A stretch of 64,000 bases of DNA from Prochloraceae cyanobacterium PL24a_bin.78 (GCA_028281945.1 JANQIW010000139.1:1593-65592), one strand, 5' to 3'; numbered from the stretch's first letter, positions 1-9,807 are shown. Made by a program: numbers and translations. The notes: generated by a model from the sequence alone, not told the origin.

Positions 1-220
1 CCAGAAAAAATCCATTAACCAATAGGGTAAACAAGATAATCAATACAGAAAAAACCGAAACCAATATTTATTTTGAAGCTATGGTAAACTCTAAATTAAT
101 AGGTAGGGTAAACCAGAAAATAATGCTAAGAAAAAATGTTATAATAGGCAGAATATTTAAAATTAATAATTCTTTAGTATTTCTATATCTCTGTTTTATT
201 TCAGCCTTACCTCATCTCAT

Positions 221-248
221 TGTTAATTGTTAATTGTTAATCGTTAAT
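221..248. repeat. tandem heptamer array (TGTTAAT)x3 + CGTTAAT
   Basis: Read directly: tgttaat tgttaat tgttaat cgttaat. The same heptamer occurs in reverse complement at 3447..3467. Confidence 0.8.
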
Positions 249-274
249 TACTATAATTGCTAGTAAAAAATAAA

Positions 275-1216
275 ATGATAAAACCCAAAGTTATAGTATT
301 CGGAAGTATCAATATTGACTTAATTGTAAACACCTCCAAGTTACCCCTTCCTGGAGAAACAATTCTAGGAGAAAACTTTACTACTATGCCAGGAGGAAAA
401 GGTGGAAATCAAGCCGTTGGTTTGGCTAAATTAGGAATAGAAACTACTTTGATAGGTAGGGTGGGAGGGGATGATTTTGGCGTAACTTTACTTGATAGTC
501 TTAAAAGAAATCATGTTAATACCAATAGTATTTTGATTGATAAAACAGCAACTAGTGGCATAGCAGTTATCACTGTTGATTCACTTGGAGAAAATCAGAT
601 TATTGTAGTGCCGGGTGCCAATAGTAATATTGATGAAAAGGATATTCTTATCTTAGAAAAAATTTTACCTATAAGTTTATATTTACTTTTACAATTAGAA
701 ATTCCTATCAACTTTATAATTAAAGCTATTGAATTAGCTAATAAATTAGATATTTCAGTAATATTAGATCCCGCACCAGTTAAAGAATTACCCGATAGTA
801 TCTATAGCAAAGTAAAAATTATCACCCCTAATGCCATAGAAGCAACTCAATTAGTAGGATTTACCGTTGATTCTCCTAAAACTGCCGAAAAAGCCGCCAC
901 AATTTTACAACAAAAAGGTGTGGAAACAGTAATTATAACTTTGGGAAATCAAGGAGTATTTTGTGCTACAGTTGACGATCATTTTTTTATACCTCCTTTT
1001 CAAGTAAAAGCAATAGATACCGTTGCCGCTGGAGATGCTTTTAATGCAGGGTTAACTGCGGCATTAGTAGAAGGGTATTCTTTACGAGAAGCGGTAGTTT
1101 GGGGTGCCGCTGCCGGCGCTTTATCTGTTACCCAAAGGGGGGCGCAATCTTCTCTTCCTCATCGTAATGAGTTATTATCTTTTTTAAATGACAACTTACC
1201 AACCATTGATAATTAA
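275..1216 (+). CDS. rbsK: ribokinase (PfkB family sugar kinase)
   Basis: ORF 257..1216. It has VFGSINIDL, GGKGGNQA and the C-terminal DTVAAGDAFNAG PfkB signature. Position 257 is TTG; the first in-frame ATG is 275 (MIKPKVIVFGS). Confidence 0.85.
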   Translation: MIKPKVIVFGSINIDLIVNTSKLPLPGETILGENFTTMPGGKGGNQAVGLAKLGIETTLIGRVGGDDFGVTLLDSLKRNHVNTNSILIDKTATSGIAVITVDSLGENQIIVVPGANSNIDEKDILILEKILPISLYLLLQLEIPINFIIKAIELANKLDISVILDPAPVKELPDSIYSKVKIITPNAIEATQLVGFTVDSPKTAEKAATILQQKGVETVIITLGNQGVFCATVDDHFFIPPFQVKAIDTVAAGDAFNAGLTAALVEGYSLREAVVWGAAAGALSVTQRGAQSSLPHRNELLSFLNDNLPTIDN

Positions 1217-1293
1217 TATTTAGTCAATAGATTTTATCTAAAGATAGTGTTAGGATATTAAGCTTAATAAAAATAATTATATGATAAGAGGCG

Positions 1294-2789
1294 ATGGTGT
1301 TAATAAGTTTTACTGTCAAAAACTGGATGTCTTTTAAGGAAGAAGTCACTTTATCCATGGTAGCTGCAGTTGAAGCTGCCTCTCCCTCAGAAGAAGATTC
1401 CCAACATCTCCAACGTCTACCAGAAATTAAACAATACGATTTCAAAGTATTACCCGTTGCGGCAATATATGGTGGTAATGCTTCAGGAAAAAGTAATTTA
1501 ATTAAAGCTATTAAATTTGCTAAAGAATTTGTTGTTGAAGTAACCCAACCAGATGCTTTAATCCCAGTAGATTATTATCTTTTAGATTCTGAATGTCAAA
1601 AGTTACCAACTGAATTTAAATTTGAAATCCTAGTCAATGAAAAGGTTTACGAATTTAGTTTTAGTGTAACTCGTAAAGAGGTTATGGAAGAGAAATTAAT
1701 CGAAATTCTCCCCACTGAAGAAGAAAAAATACTTTACCACCGCTTTCAAGGTGAAATTAAATTAATAGATGATTCTCTTAAACAAGATAAATTTCTAGAT
1801 GTTTTCTCCCAAACAACCAGAGATAATCAGCTTTTTTTAACTAATTGTATCACTCAAAACGACCAAAATTTTAAGCCAATTTATAATTGGTTTAGAGATA
1901 GTATTGAAATTTTAAGTCCAAATTTTCGCTCTTTAATACTTGGTGAATTTTTAGAAGAGGATGATCAATTTTCTTTTACAATGAATAAAATTATATCAGA
2001 GCTAGATACAGGTATTATTAGTCTTAAAGGGAAATAAATTCCTAGATAAGAATCAAAAATACCCAAAGAAATTATTAAGGAGATAGAAAAAGATTTAAGT
2101 AATAATCAAGCAAAGGGAGTAATTTTGCAAAATCAAGATGCTTTTGTTGTTGTAACAAATAAAAAAGAAGGACTTATTGTTAATAAAATAATTACTTATC
2201 ATGAAAATATAAATAATGAACAGACTGAATTTGATATAAATCAAGAATCTGACGGCACTCGAAGAGCAATTAGTCTAATACCAACATTCTTAGAATTAAT
2301 TTTATCAGATTCACCTAAAGTTTTCTTTATTGATGAATTATATTGTTTTTCTTTAATAGTGATAGATATTGAGAGGAGAATGGGGGGAATGGGAAGAATG
2401 GGGAGAATGGGAAGAATAGGGAGGATAAATTTTGGTTAATTATCCTAGATTTGGAATTTTTTAACTCTATCATTATTAAAGACAATTTGATATTAGATAG
2501 AAGTATGCACTCATTATTAACTAGAAATTTGCTTTCACTATACCTAAACCATTGTAACAATGAAAGCCAATCTCAATTTATCTTTACTACCCATGACTTA
2601 TTATTAATTGATTTAACCTTATTACGTATAGATGAAATATGGATTACAGAAAGAGATAGATATGGAAGTTTATCATTATTTTCCTTTAGCGATTATGAAG
2701 ATATTGATAAAGAAAAAGATATACGTCAAACTTATCTATCTGGCAGAATGGGAGGAATTCCTCGAATTATATTATCTCAGATTTTATAA
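1294..2789 (+). pseudogene. AAA_21/AAA_15-type ATPase (AbiLi/RloA-like partner of RloB), disrupted
   Basis: Track ORFs 1294..2037 and 2125..2439 share one frame, separated by in-frame TAA at 2035 and 2047. The third fragment, 2451..2789, is out of frame by 2 nt. Walker A is GGNASGKSN. Walker B FFIDEL|DRSMH is split exactly by a 155 bp repeat element. FTTHD lies in the last fragment. Confidence 0.75.
2341..2495 (+). mobile_element. MITE-like element (GGGAGAAT-microsatellite family) inserted in the ATPase gene
   Basis: Deleting 2341..2495 joins ...ttt att gat gaa tta | gat aga agt atg cac = FIDELDRSMH in frame. The ends (tattgtttttctttaatagtgatag ... ctctatcattattaaagacaatttgata) match the other copies. 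TTA flanks both sides (2338..2340 and 2493..2495). Confidence 0.7.
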
Positions 2790-2852
2790 AATAAAGAAGA
2801 AGGTTGGAAAATAGAAAAAAATTAATAGTCTTAAGAAAAATAAACTAAAATT

Positions 2853-3455
2853 ATGTCAACAACAAGATTAAAACGAAAAACTAGCTTTCGTAAATTTCGG
2901 ATTTTATTTGTTATTGCTACAGAAGGCACAAAAACCGAACCACAATATTTTCAATTTTTAGTGAAAAAAATCGATTCTCAAGGAATAAATATCCAATACA
3001 AACCCCTTGATAGCAAAAAACATTCCCAAAAAGAAGTTCTTAAAACGATGGAAAGATGGCTTAAAAATAATGATTTGAGAGATAAAGATGAAGCTTACTT
3101 AGTAATAGATAGAGATAACTGGGAAGAAAAAGAAATTAAAGAATTATATCAATGGAGTCAAAAGCAAAATAATTACGGTTTAGCTGTTTCCAATCCTTTT
3201 TTTGAATATTGGTTATTGCTACACTTTGAAAATGGAAAAGGGATTGATTGCCCTCGAAAAAGTAAAGATTCCCTCGATACATATTTACCTAATTATAATA
3301 AAGCACGTTTAGACACAAAAAAACTAGAAAACAAAATACAAAATGCCATTCATCATGCCAAACAAAAAGACATTCCACTTTGCCAAGATTACCCTAAAAT
3401 ATATGGTACTACAGTATATAGATTAGTAGAAAAATTAATAACTATCAACAATTAA
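2853..3455 (+). CDS. RloB-like protein (AbiLii family)
   Basis: 200 aa. The N-terminal ILFVIATEGTKTEPQYF matches the RloB CEGxxTExxYF-type motif. The FEYWLLLHF block is present. The gene lies directly downstream of the ATPase, as in AbiLi/AbiLii pairs. Confidence 0.7.
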   Translation: MSTTRLKRKTSFRKFRILFVIATEGTKTEPQYFQFLVKKIDSQGINIQYKPLDSKKHSQKEVLKTMERWLKNNDLRDKDEAYLVIDRDNWEEKEIKELYQWSQKQNNYGLAVSNPFFEYWLLLHFENGKGIDCPRKSKDSLDTYLPNYNKARLDTKKLENKIQNAIHHAKQKDIPLCQDYPKIYGTTVYRLVEKLITINN

Positions 3456-3467
3456 CAATTAACAATT
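3447..3467. repeat. tandem heptamer array (AACAATT)x3, inverse of the 221..248 array
   Basis: Read directly. It overlaps the rloB-like stop codon (3453..3455). Confidence 0.8.
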
Positions 3468-3527
3468 AAGCAACAACAATGTAGGATATAACTGTCTAGA
3501 ATTAATTAAGATTATAGGTAAAATTAA

Positions 3528-4400
3528 ATGAATAATACAGTAACAGCCATTGAAATTATCCAAACCCTTTATCCAACTCTGAAACTAGCAGGAAAATATG
3601 CTTGCGAAATTCAACATCGAGTTTCTCAGCAACCAGAAAAAGCACAATATGGAGAAAACTTTTATGCCACTGCCTTATCAGATGCAGATTTAACCGTACA
3701 AACAACAGTTGAATTAGCATTACTTGCCCAATTTCCTCAAATTCACTTCTTTGGAGAAGAACACGAAAAGTCCTATAACACTAAATATTTTACTGGAATC
3801 ACCCCTAAAGATGGAGAATTTTTAATCACATTAGATCCAATAGATGGCACAAGACATTATATAGACGGATTATCTAACTTTGCCATTATTCTTAGTATTA
3901 TAAAAGATAACTATTACGAAGCAGGTATTACCATAATGCCTAGAAAAGATCGATATATTTATGCTCAAAGAGGAAAAGGTGCTTTTATAGGAACTCTTTC
4001 TAAAGATAAAGACATAAGTCAAGCACAAAAAATAACTATTGCTCCTCTTAAATCTAGAAAAATATACCTAGGATTTGCCTTAGCTGCCTTAAAAGATACA
4101 TTTGAATCTCAATTTGACACCTACTGTAGCGCAATAGATTACAACCCTTCTACTAATCCCAACCCTCCAGAATATCTAGATATAGTCAAAGGAGAATTAG
4201 CAGGGGTTTTACTAGCCAAAGGAAATTTGATAGATAGCGCGGTATTAGCATTTATTCTCAAAGAAGCAGGTGGCATAGTTACCTATTTAAATGGAGAAGA
4301 TATCCACCCTTTCCCCAAAATTGAAGATATGAAAATTCCACAACTCATAGTAGCCCACAACTCCTCGATTCATCAAGAAATCCTTGCTAAATTGAAATAG
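3528..4400 (+). CDS. inositol monophosphatase / FBPase-superfamily phosphatase
   Basis: 290 aa with FFGEE ... LDPIDGTRHYIDG metal-binding motifs typical of the IMPase family. Confidence 0.75.
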   Translation: MNNTVTAIEIIQTLYPTLKLAGKYACEIQHRVSQQPEKAQYGENFYATALSDADLTVQTTVELALLAQFPQIHFFGEEHEKSYNTKYFTGITPKDGEFLITLDPIDGTRHYIDGLSNFAIILSIIKDNYYEAGITIMPRKDRYIYAQRGKGAFIGTLSKDKDISQAQKITIAPLKSRKIYLGFALAALKDTFESQFDTYCSAIDYNPSTNPNPPEYLDIVKGELAGVLLAKGNLIDSAVLAFILKEAGGIVTYLNGEDIHPFPKIEDMKIPQLIVAHNSSIHQEILAKLK

Positions 4401-4421
4401 AAATAATCATAAACAGTTTAA

Positions 4422-4444
4422 AACCTCGGGTGATTACCGAGGTT
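4422..4444 (+). terminator. stem-loop after the IMPase-family gene
   Basis: aacctcgg gtgatta ccgaggtt, an 8 bp stem 22 nt after the stop. There is no clear T-tract. Confidence 0.35.
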
Positions 4445-4598
4445 GAGAGGAAAACTTAGCAGATTGACTAGAGATAAATGCAACTATAAAACTTAAGTCC
4501 TGTAAATTATCTTAATGAATTTGTTAAGAAATGTCAAGTTGAATTGACAAAGTAAATTAAATAGTATACATAAGTTTAGTTTATCTTTTTCATAATTA

Positions 4599-4772
4599 TA
4601 TCAAGAGAGTTTTTAATAATGAAATAGTTGAAAAATTTTAAATCTAAGATAACTAACCAAAATTGATTTACCCTATTCCCTCCTATCAAAGGATAATTCT
4701 CTATCTTCCCATTCCCCTATTATTCCCATTCTTTCCATTCTCCATCTATACCACAATTAAAGAAAAATGATC
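4599..4772 (-). mobile_element. MITE-like element copy (degenerate core)
   Basis: tatcaagagagtttttaataatgaaatag ... cccattctttccattctccatc ... aaagaaaaatgatc. It has the same end architecture as 13440..13580 and ends 19 nt before the GST ATG. Confidence 0.55.
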
Positions 4773-4790
4773 TTAGGAGCGATCGTCAAA

Positions 4791-5399
4791 ATGTATAAAT
4801 TATATGATTTTTTACCTTCTGGTAACAGTTATAAAATTCGTCTGTTACTTTCTCAACTAGAGATTCCATATAAAAGAGTAGAAATTAATATTCTTAAAGG
4901 CGAAAGCCGCACACCAGAATTTTTGAATAAGAATCTTAATGGAAGGATTCCTCTATTAGAAATAGAAGAAGGAAAGTATTTAGCAGAATCTCATGCCATT
5001 ATGTATTATTTAAGCGAAGGAACTGAATATTTCCCCAATAATCCGCTAGAAAAAGCTCAAGTTATGCAGTGGTTATGTTTTGAGCAATATTCCCACGAAC
5101 CTTATATAGCTACCAGCAGATACTGGATTCATATTTTAGGAAAAGCTGATGAATACAAAATAGAGTTAGAACAAAAGAAAATTCTAGGTTATGCTGCTTT
5201 AAATGTGATGGAAAAACATTTAGAAAATAAAATATTTTTTGTTGGAAATAGATATACCATTGCTGATATTAGCTTGTATGCTTATACTCATATGGCTAGT
5301 GAAGGTGGTTTTGATTTAAGTGGTTTCCCCAATATTCTTTCTTGGTTAAAGGGAGTTGAATCTCAACCGAGATATATAACAATTAATACGATTAAATAA
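4791..5399 (+). CDS. glutathione S-transferase family protein
   Basis: ORF 4767..5399. MYKLYDFLPSGNSYKIRLLL ... IPLLE ... ESHAIMYYL shows the GST N-terminal thioredoxin-like fold pattern. The ATG at 4791 is preferred because 4767 lies inside the MITE end. Confidence 0.8.
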   Translation: MYKLYDFLPSGNSYKIRLLLSQLEIPYKRVEINILKGESRTPEFLNKNLNGRIPLLEIEEGKYLAESHAIMYYLSEGTEYFPNNPLEKAQVMQWLCFEQYSHEPYIATSRYWIHILGKADEYKIELEQKKILGYAALNVMEKHLENKIFFVGNRYTIADISLYAYTHMASEGGFDLSGFPNILSWLKGVESQPRYITINTIK

Positions 5400-5431
5400 T
5401 TAATAAATTTATTTTAAAATTAATTAGGATT

Positions 5432-5812
5432 ATGAGTAAAAATGATCTTGAATCTGAATTAAATCAACAAAAGATTAAAAGATTAAGTAAAATAACCATT
5501 AAAGCTAATGTTTTTATCTTTTCAATATTTCTAGTGCCTTCAATATATTTATCTTCTGAGTTATATAAAATTGTTAATCTCCTCAGTATTGATATAAATC
5601 TAGTTTCAGATATAAGTAAACTATATATTATCAGTTTGTTAACTGTTTCTACCTATCCAATTATTGCCATTTTTACTATTTTCTTTGCTTGGGCTTTACA
5701 TTTTAAATTTAAAAAATATAATCTTTCCTTGTACTTTTGTATATTGCCTTATTTAAATTTGTTATTATTTTTTATCTATTTATGGCCAAAACTTTCTAGG
5801 GGTAAATTTTAA
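5432..5812 (+). CDS. hypothetical membrane protein
   Basis: 126 aa with 3-4 hydrophobic segments. No family was recognised. Confidence 0.45.
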   Translation: MSKNDLESELNQQKIKRLSKITIKANVFIFSIFLVPSIYLSSELYKIVNLLSIDINLVSDISKLYIISLLTVSTYPIIAIFTIFFAWALHFKFKKYNLSLYFCILPYLNLLLFFIYLWPKLSRGKF

Positions 5813-5950
5813 AGCAAAAATCTTATAAATAAATATAGCACTAGTAATCCTTGGGAAGTGCTATATAAAGTTTTTTTAAATGTAGCTAATTTAAAACCAT
5901 CTTTTTTTCATAAAACCAAAATTTCTAGCTTTAAAAAAAATAAATTAATA

Positions 5951-6290
5951 CTCATCTTTCTATGATAAAAAAGAATGGAAAATGAGGCATTTCTTGAGAC
6001 TTGGAAAACTTGGAAGACTTGGAAGAAAAAGGATAGGGAGAATTAACCTCTTGCAAAAGTGAATTTATTTTAACTAGGTAAGCATAATTAAATAGAAAAA
6101 TGCGTAATCTTATTATTTCTCGGTTTAGCCATTGATTTTGAATTTCAATTTTAAAACTTTTTTCGCCCACCTATTTAGGATAAGAAATTTAAAATTATAA
6201 GATAAACCCAATCCCACAATGTCTTTTTTCTAGTTTCCGAATTCCCCATTCTCCATTGCCAATTCCCACTTCTGCAAGAATTCTCATATT
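5951..6290. repeat. degenerate MITE-related sequence
   Basis: Shares tttcttgagactt and ggaa/ggga purine microsatellite stretches (cttggaaaacttggaagacttggaag; ccccattctccattgccaattccc) with other copies. Boundaries are unclear. Confidence 0.3.
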
Positions 6291-6307
6291 ATCTCTTAAC
6301 AAAAATC

Positions 6308-6336
6308 TTGACAAAAACATGGGCATGAGGTACAAT
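6308..6336 (+). promoter_or_regulatory. sigma70-type promoter candidate for rplS
   Basis: TTGACA (6308..6313), a 17 nt spacer, then TACAAT (6331..6336). AGGAGA sits at 6355..6360 and the ATG at 6371. Confidence 0.55.
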
Positions 6337-6370
6337 TGTAAATCGTGAGTTTTTAGGAGAAGTAAAAATT

Positions 6371-6736
6371 ATGAACGCAGAAGCAATAATTCGCTCCATC
6401 GAAGAAAAATACCTCAAAAAAGATCTACCCAAAATTTATGTAGGAGATACAGTAAGAGTAGGAGTAAAGATCAAAGAAGGAGAAAAAGAAAGGGTTCAAC
6501 CTTACGAAGGAACAGTAATTGGTATGAGTAATGGGGGTATCAACGAAACCATTACAGTAAGAAAGATATTCCAAGGAGTAGGAGTAGAAAGAGTATTTTT
6601 AATCAACTCTCCTATAATCGATAAAATCAAAATAATTCGTAGAGGAAAAGTTAGAAGAGCAAAACTATATTATCTACGTAATCGCGTCGGAAAAGCCACC
6701 AGAATTAAACAACGTTTTGATCGACCTTTAAAATAA
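6371..6736 (+). CDS. rplS: 50S ribosomal protein L19 (bL19)
   Basis: 121 aa. The sequence [28 protein letters not shown] ... [16 protein letters not shown] is characteristic of L19. Confidence 0.95.
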   Translation: MNAEAIIRSIEEKYLKKDLPKIYVGDTVRVGVKIKEGEKERVQPYEGTVIGMSNGGINETITVRKIFQGVGVERVFLINSPIIDKIKIIRRGKVRRAKLYYLRNRVGKATRIKQRFDRPLK

Positions 6737-6850
6737 TAGATTGACCCAAACAAAAATCAAGTAATAAGTAAAATACAACCAATTGATATCTAGTTGGAGA
6801 AAAAAATCCTCAAAAAAATTTAACCAAAACCAAACGAACTCAAAAAAACT

Positions 6851-6860
6851 GTGTTATAAT
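6851..6860 (+). promoter_or_regulatory. possible extended -10 (TGtTATAAT) upstream of tRNA-Trp
   Basis: gtgttataat lies 50 nt upstream of the tRNA 5' end. No good -35 was seen. Confidence 0.3.
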
Positions 6861-6909
6861 CAAGAGAGAATAATAAGCTTAAATCAAATAAGCTCAAAAA
6901 CTCTCAGAA

Positions 6910-6982
6910 GCGTCCTTAGTTCAGTTGGTAGAACGTAGGTCTCCAAAACCTAATGTCGGGGGTTCGAGTCCTCCAGGGCGCG
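6910..6982 (+). tRNA. trnW: tRNA-Trp (anticodon CCA)
   Basis: Folded by hand. The acceptor is GCGTCCT/AGGGCGC. The anticodon stem is taggt/accta with loop cuCCAaa. The T-arm is ggggg-ttcgagt-cctcc. No CCA is encoded. Its position upstream of secE-nusG is typical for cyanobacteria. Confidence 0.92.
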
Positions 6983-7254
6983 TAATCAATCTAATAAACT
7001 TTCTACCACCAAAAGTAGTAAAATCCATCAATAACAATCAAGCAAAGGTTATGATACAAATAGAACAAATTCTAGATGTAGATATAGCTTTTGTAATATT
7101 GATGATGGAAGATTGACAAATATACAGGCCTCTATAATGAGTTTTGAGCCATATTTGTTAGCAAAAATATCAGTAAGCAGTGCTATATGTAATTATCAGC
7201 TACTTAACCAAAAATCATAGAAAAAATAATTATTAATTATAAGGAGAAAAAATA

Positions 7255-7497
7255 GTGGCCAAAAAAGAAACAGTAAACAAAGAAAAAATCAAAAAAGTCA
7301 AAGAAAAGAAAAGCCAATCAAAATTACTCATCTTCTTTAATGACACCAAAGAAGAATTAGGCAAAGTAGTATGGCCTTCTCGCCAACAACTAATTAGTGA
7401 ATCAGTAGCAGTAATGCTAATGGTAACCCTAGTAGGAACAACAATTTATTTAGTAGATAAACTATTTATTTGGGTATCAGGGAGAGTTTTTGGATGA
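7255..7497 (+). CDS. secE: preprotein translocase subunit SecE
   Basis: 80 aa with a GTG start preceded by AAGGAG. It has a lysine-rich N-terminus, the ELGKVVWPSRQQL motif and one C-terminal TM helix. It overlaps the nusG start by ATGA. Confidence 0.85.
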   Translation: MAKKETVNKEKIKKVKEKKSQSKLLIFFNDTKEELGKVVWPSRQQLISESVAVMLMVTLVGTTIYLVDKLFIWVSGRVFG

Positions 7498-8210
7498 ATA
7501 TAACAGAAGAATCAGAAAACTTTGAAGCAGAAATCGAAGACACTGAGGAAACTGAAGAAATAGATGAAAATGAAGAAATAGATGAAGATGAGGAAATAGA
7601 TGAAGACGAAAATGAAGAAATAGATCAAACCAAACCAAAAGTCAAAGGAAAAGCACGTTGGTATGCCGTCCAAGTAGCATCAGGTTGCGAAAAAAGAGTC
7701 AAAAAAAATTTAGAACAACGCATACATACTCTTGACGTAGCTGATAGAATTGTTCAGGTAGATATTCCAGAAGCCCAAATCCTAAAAATTCGTAAAGATG
7801 GCTCAAAACACCATAACCCAGAAAAAATATTTCCGGGATATGTCCTAGTGCAAATGATCATGGATGAAGAAGCTTGGCAAGCAGTCAAAAACACACCCCA
7901 TGTCATCAACTTTGTAGGAGCACAAGAAAAAAGAAGCGTAGGCAGAGGCAGAGGCCATGTTAAACCAATGCCCCTCTCACCAGCGGAAGTAGAGCGAATC
8001 TTCAGACAAACTCAAGAAGAAGAAGTAGCAGTTAAATTTAACATCCAAGTGGGAGATAGAATTATGGTTCTTTCAGGGCCATTCAAAGACTTTCATGGCG
8101 AAGTCAACGAAGTATCTTACGAAAAAAGTACCTTAAAAGCACTTTTATCAATATTTGGGCGAGATACACCAGTAGAATTAGAATTCCATCAGGTAGAAAA
8201 ACAAGGCTAA
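7494..8210 (+). CDS. nusG: transcription termination/antitermination factor NusG with an acidic N-terminal extension
   Basis: The NGN domain (RWYAVQVASGCEKRVKKNLEQRI) and the KOW domain (VGDRIMVLSGPFKDFHGEV) are present. The ATG at 7494 overlaps the secE stop (ATGA). The track start at 7470 lies inside secE. Confidence 0.9.
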   Translation: MNITEESENFEAEIEDTEETEEIDENEEIDEDEEIDEDENEEIDQTKPKVKGKARWYAVQVASGCEKRVKKNLEQRIHTLDVADRIVQVDIPEAQILKIRKDGSKHHNPEKIFPGYVLVQMIMDEEAWQAVKNTPHVINFVGAQEKRSVGRGRGHVKPMPLSPAEVERIFRQTQEEEVAVKFNIQVGDRIMVLSGPFKDFHGEVNEVSYEKSTLKALLSIFGRDTPVELEFHQVEKQG

Positions 8211-8213
8211 TAG

Positions 8214-8636
8214 ATGAAAAAAGTAGTAGCAATGATTAAATTAGCCCTCAATGCCGGAAAAGCTAATCCAGCACCTCCAGTAGGACCAGCATTAGGGCAA
8301 CATGGGGTTAATATTATGGCGTTTTGTAAAGAATACAACGCCAAAACCTCCAATCAAACTGGGATGGTAATACCAGTAGAAATTTCCGTGTATGAAGATA
8401 GAAGTTTTACTTTTGTCTTAAAAACACCACCAGCATCAGTATTAATTAAAAAAGCTCTCGGCATAGAGAAAGCAGCAAGTCAACCCAACCAGCAAACACT
8501 AGGAATCCTTACTCGGGCACAACTCCAAGAAATTGCTCAAACCAAAATGCCCGATCTCAATGCTAATGACATTGAAGCAGCCATGAAAATTGTGGCAGGA
8601 ACCGCTCGTAATATGGGCGTAAAAATCGAAGATTAA
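8214..8636 (+). CDS. rplK: 50S ribosomal protein L11 (uL11)
   Basis: [34 protein letters not shown] is the canonical L11 sequence. Confidence 0.95.
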   Translation: MKKVVAMIKLALNAGKANPAPPVGPALGQHGVNIMAFCKEYNAKTSNQTGMVIPVEISVYEDRSFTFVLKTPPASVLIKKALGIEKAASQPNQQTLGILTRAQLQEIAQTKMPDLNANDIEAAMKIVAGTARNMGVKIED

Positions 8637-8716
8637 TCAGTTAATTAATCTTACTTATCAAATGTAAATTATGGGGAGAAGTTTACCCTTCGTTAGAACC
8701 CAAGGAGAAACCTTAA

Positions 8717-9430
8717 ATGCCAAAAAAAATCTCACGTAGACTAAAAGAAGCACAAGCAAAAGTAGAAGAAAGACCTTACGAAATCATGGAAGCCCTTTCT
8801 CTACTAAAAGAAACCGCAACAGCAAAATTTGATGAAACCGCTGAAGCTCATATTCGTTTAGGAATCGATCCTAAATATACAGACCAACAATTACGAACCA
8901 CCGTATCTTTCCCCAAAGGAACAGGGCAAAGTGTCAGAGTAGCAGTTATTGCCAAAGGGGAAAAAGTACAAGAAGCTAATACAGCAGGTGCTGATATATC
9001 TGGTTCGGAAGAACTCATTGAAGAAATTCAAGGTGGCATGATGGATTTTGATATCCTCATTGCTACACCCGATATGATGCCCAAAGTAGCAAAATTAGGG
9101 CGTTTATTAGGTCCTAGAGGTTTGATGCCCTCCCCAAAAGGTGGAACGGTTACTCCTAATTTAGAAGCTGCCATTCAAGAATTTAAAGCAGGTAAACAAG
9201 AATTTCGAGCCGATCGAAGTGGAATTGTTCATGTTATGTTTGGGAAAGCCTCTTTTTCCCCAGAAGATTTAGCAACAAATCTCAAAGCATTACAAGAAAC
9301 CATCGATCGAAATCGTCCTTCAGGTGCAAAAGGTCGCTATTGGCGTAGTATTTATGTATCAGCATCCATGGGACCTTCCATTCAAGTTGATGTTAATGCT
9401 TTACGGGATCTAAAATTAACTGAATCATAA
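8717..9430 (+). CDS. rplA: 50S ribosomal protein L1 (uL1)
   Basis: 237 aa. [23 protein letters not shown] ... [15 protein letters not shown] is typical of L1. Confidence 0.95.
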   Translation: MPKKISRRLKEAQAKVEERPYEIMEALSLLKETATAKFDETAEAHIRLGIDPKYTDQQLRTTVSFPKGTGQSVRVAVIAKGEKVQEANTAGADISGSEELIEEIQGGMMDFDILIATPDMMPKVAKLGRLLGPRGLMPSPKGGTVTPNLEAAIQEFKAGKQEFRADRSGIVHVMFGKASFSPEDLATNLKALQETIDRNRPSGAKGRYWRSIYVSASMGPSIQVDVNALRDLKLTES

Positions 9431-9460
9431 CCAAAGCATAATTAACTAAATCAATTAAGT

Positions 9461-9506
9461 CATCGATCTTTCCTAAATTTTTAAATTGTGAGTAGAAAGA
9501 TCGATG
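9461..9506 (+). terminator. long-loop hairpin after rplA
   Basis: There is a perfect 12 bp inverted repeat, catcgatctttc (9461..9472) / gaaagatcgatg (9495..9506), with a 22 nt loop. There is no T-tract, so its function is uncertain. Confidence 0.35.
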
Positions 9507-9807
9507 GCAAATAAGATCATTGTTAGTACTAGAAAAAAATCAATAAGTTAACAGAGATTTTGGAAATTAACTTATTAAAAACCTTGTCAAAAAATTTGAA
9601 AATATGATAAGCTAGTTATCCAACTTAAAAACTTAATACATCCTCCCCCAATAAAATTAAAAATACAATAAAAATGGCGATGGCCAAAGACAGCAGGAGT
9701 CAAAATGACTTAATAACCTGCCGAGGTTGAAGTCCAAAAGTTTTAATTTACTTTTTATTAAATAAAAAAGTCTGATTAATTTATAGGGCTAACTAATATT
9801 TAAATTC

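Noticed and set aside
1-200. Possible minus-strand membrane-protein ORF running off the left edge (…ILVSVFSVLIILFTLLVNGFFL), and a 46-codon frame at about 70..210.
   Set aside because: There is no ATG and no convincing start or motif. It is too short and too close to the edge to support, so I leave it unannotated.
2125-2789. Treating 2125..2439 and 2451..2789 (and 2632..2814) as independent small genes.
   Set aside because: The first two are fragments of one ATPase reading frame, split by in-frame stops and a MITE. The tail of 2125..2439 (CFSLIVIDIERRMGGMGRMG...) and the head of 2451..2789 (MEFFNSIIIKDNLIL) are MITE-derived. 2632..2814 is an out-of-frame overlap.
6925-7116. 63 aa ORF beginning inside the tRNA-Trp gene.
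   Set aside because: It overlaps a well-folding tRNA and continues through non-conserved-looking AT-rich sequence, so it is spurious.
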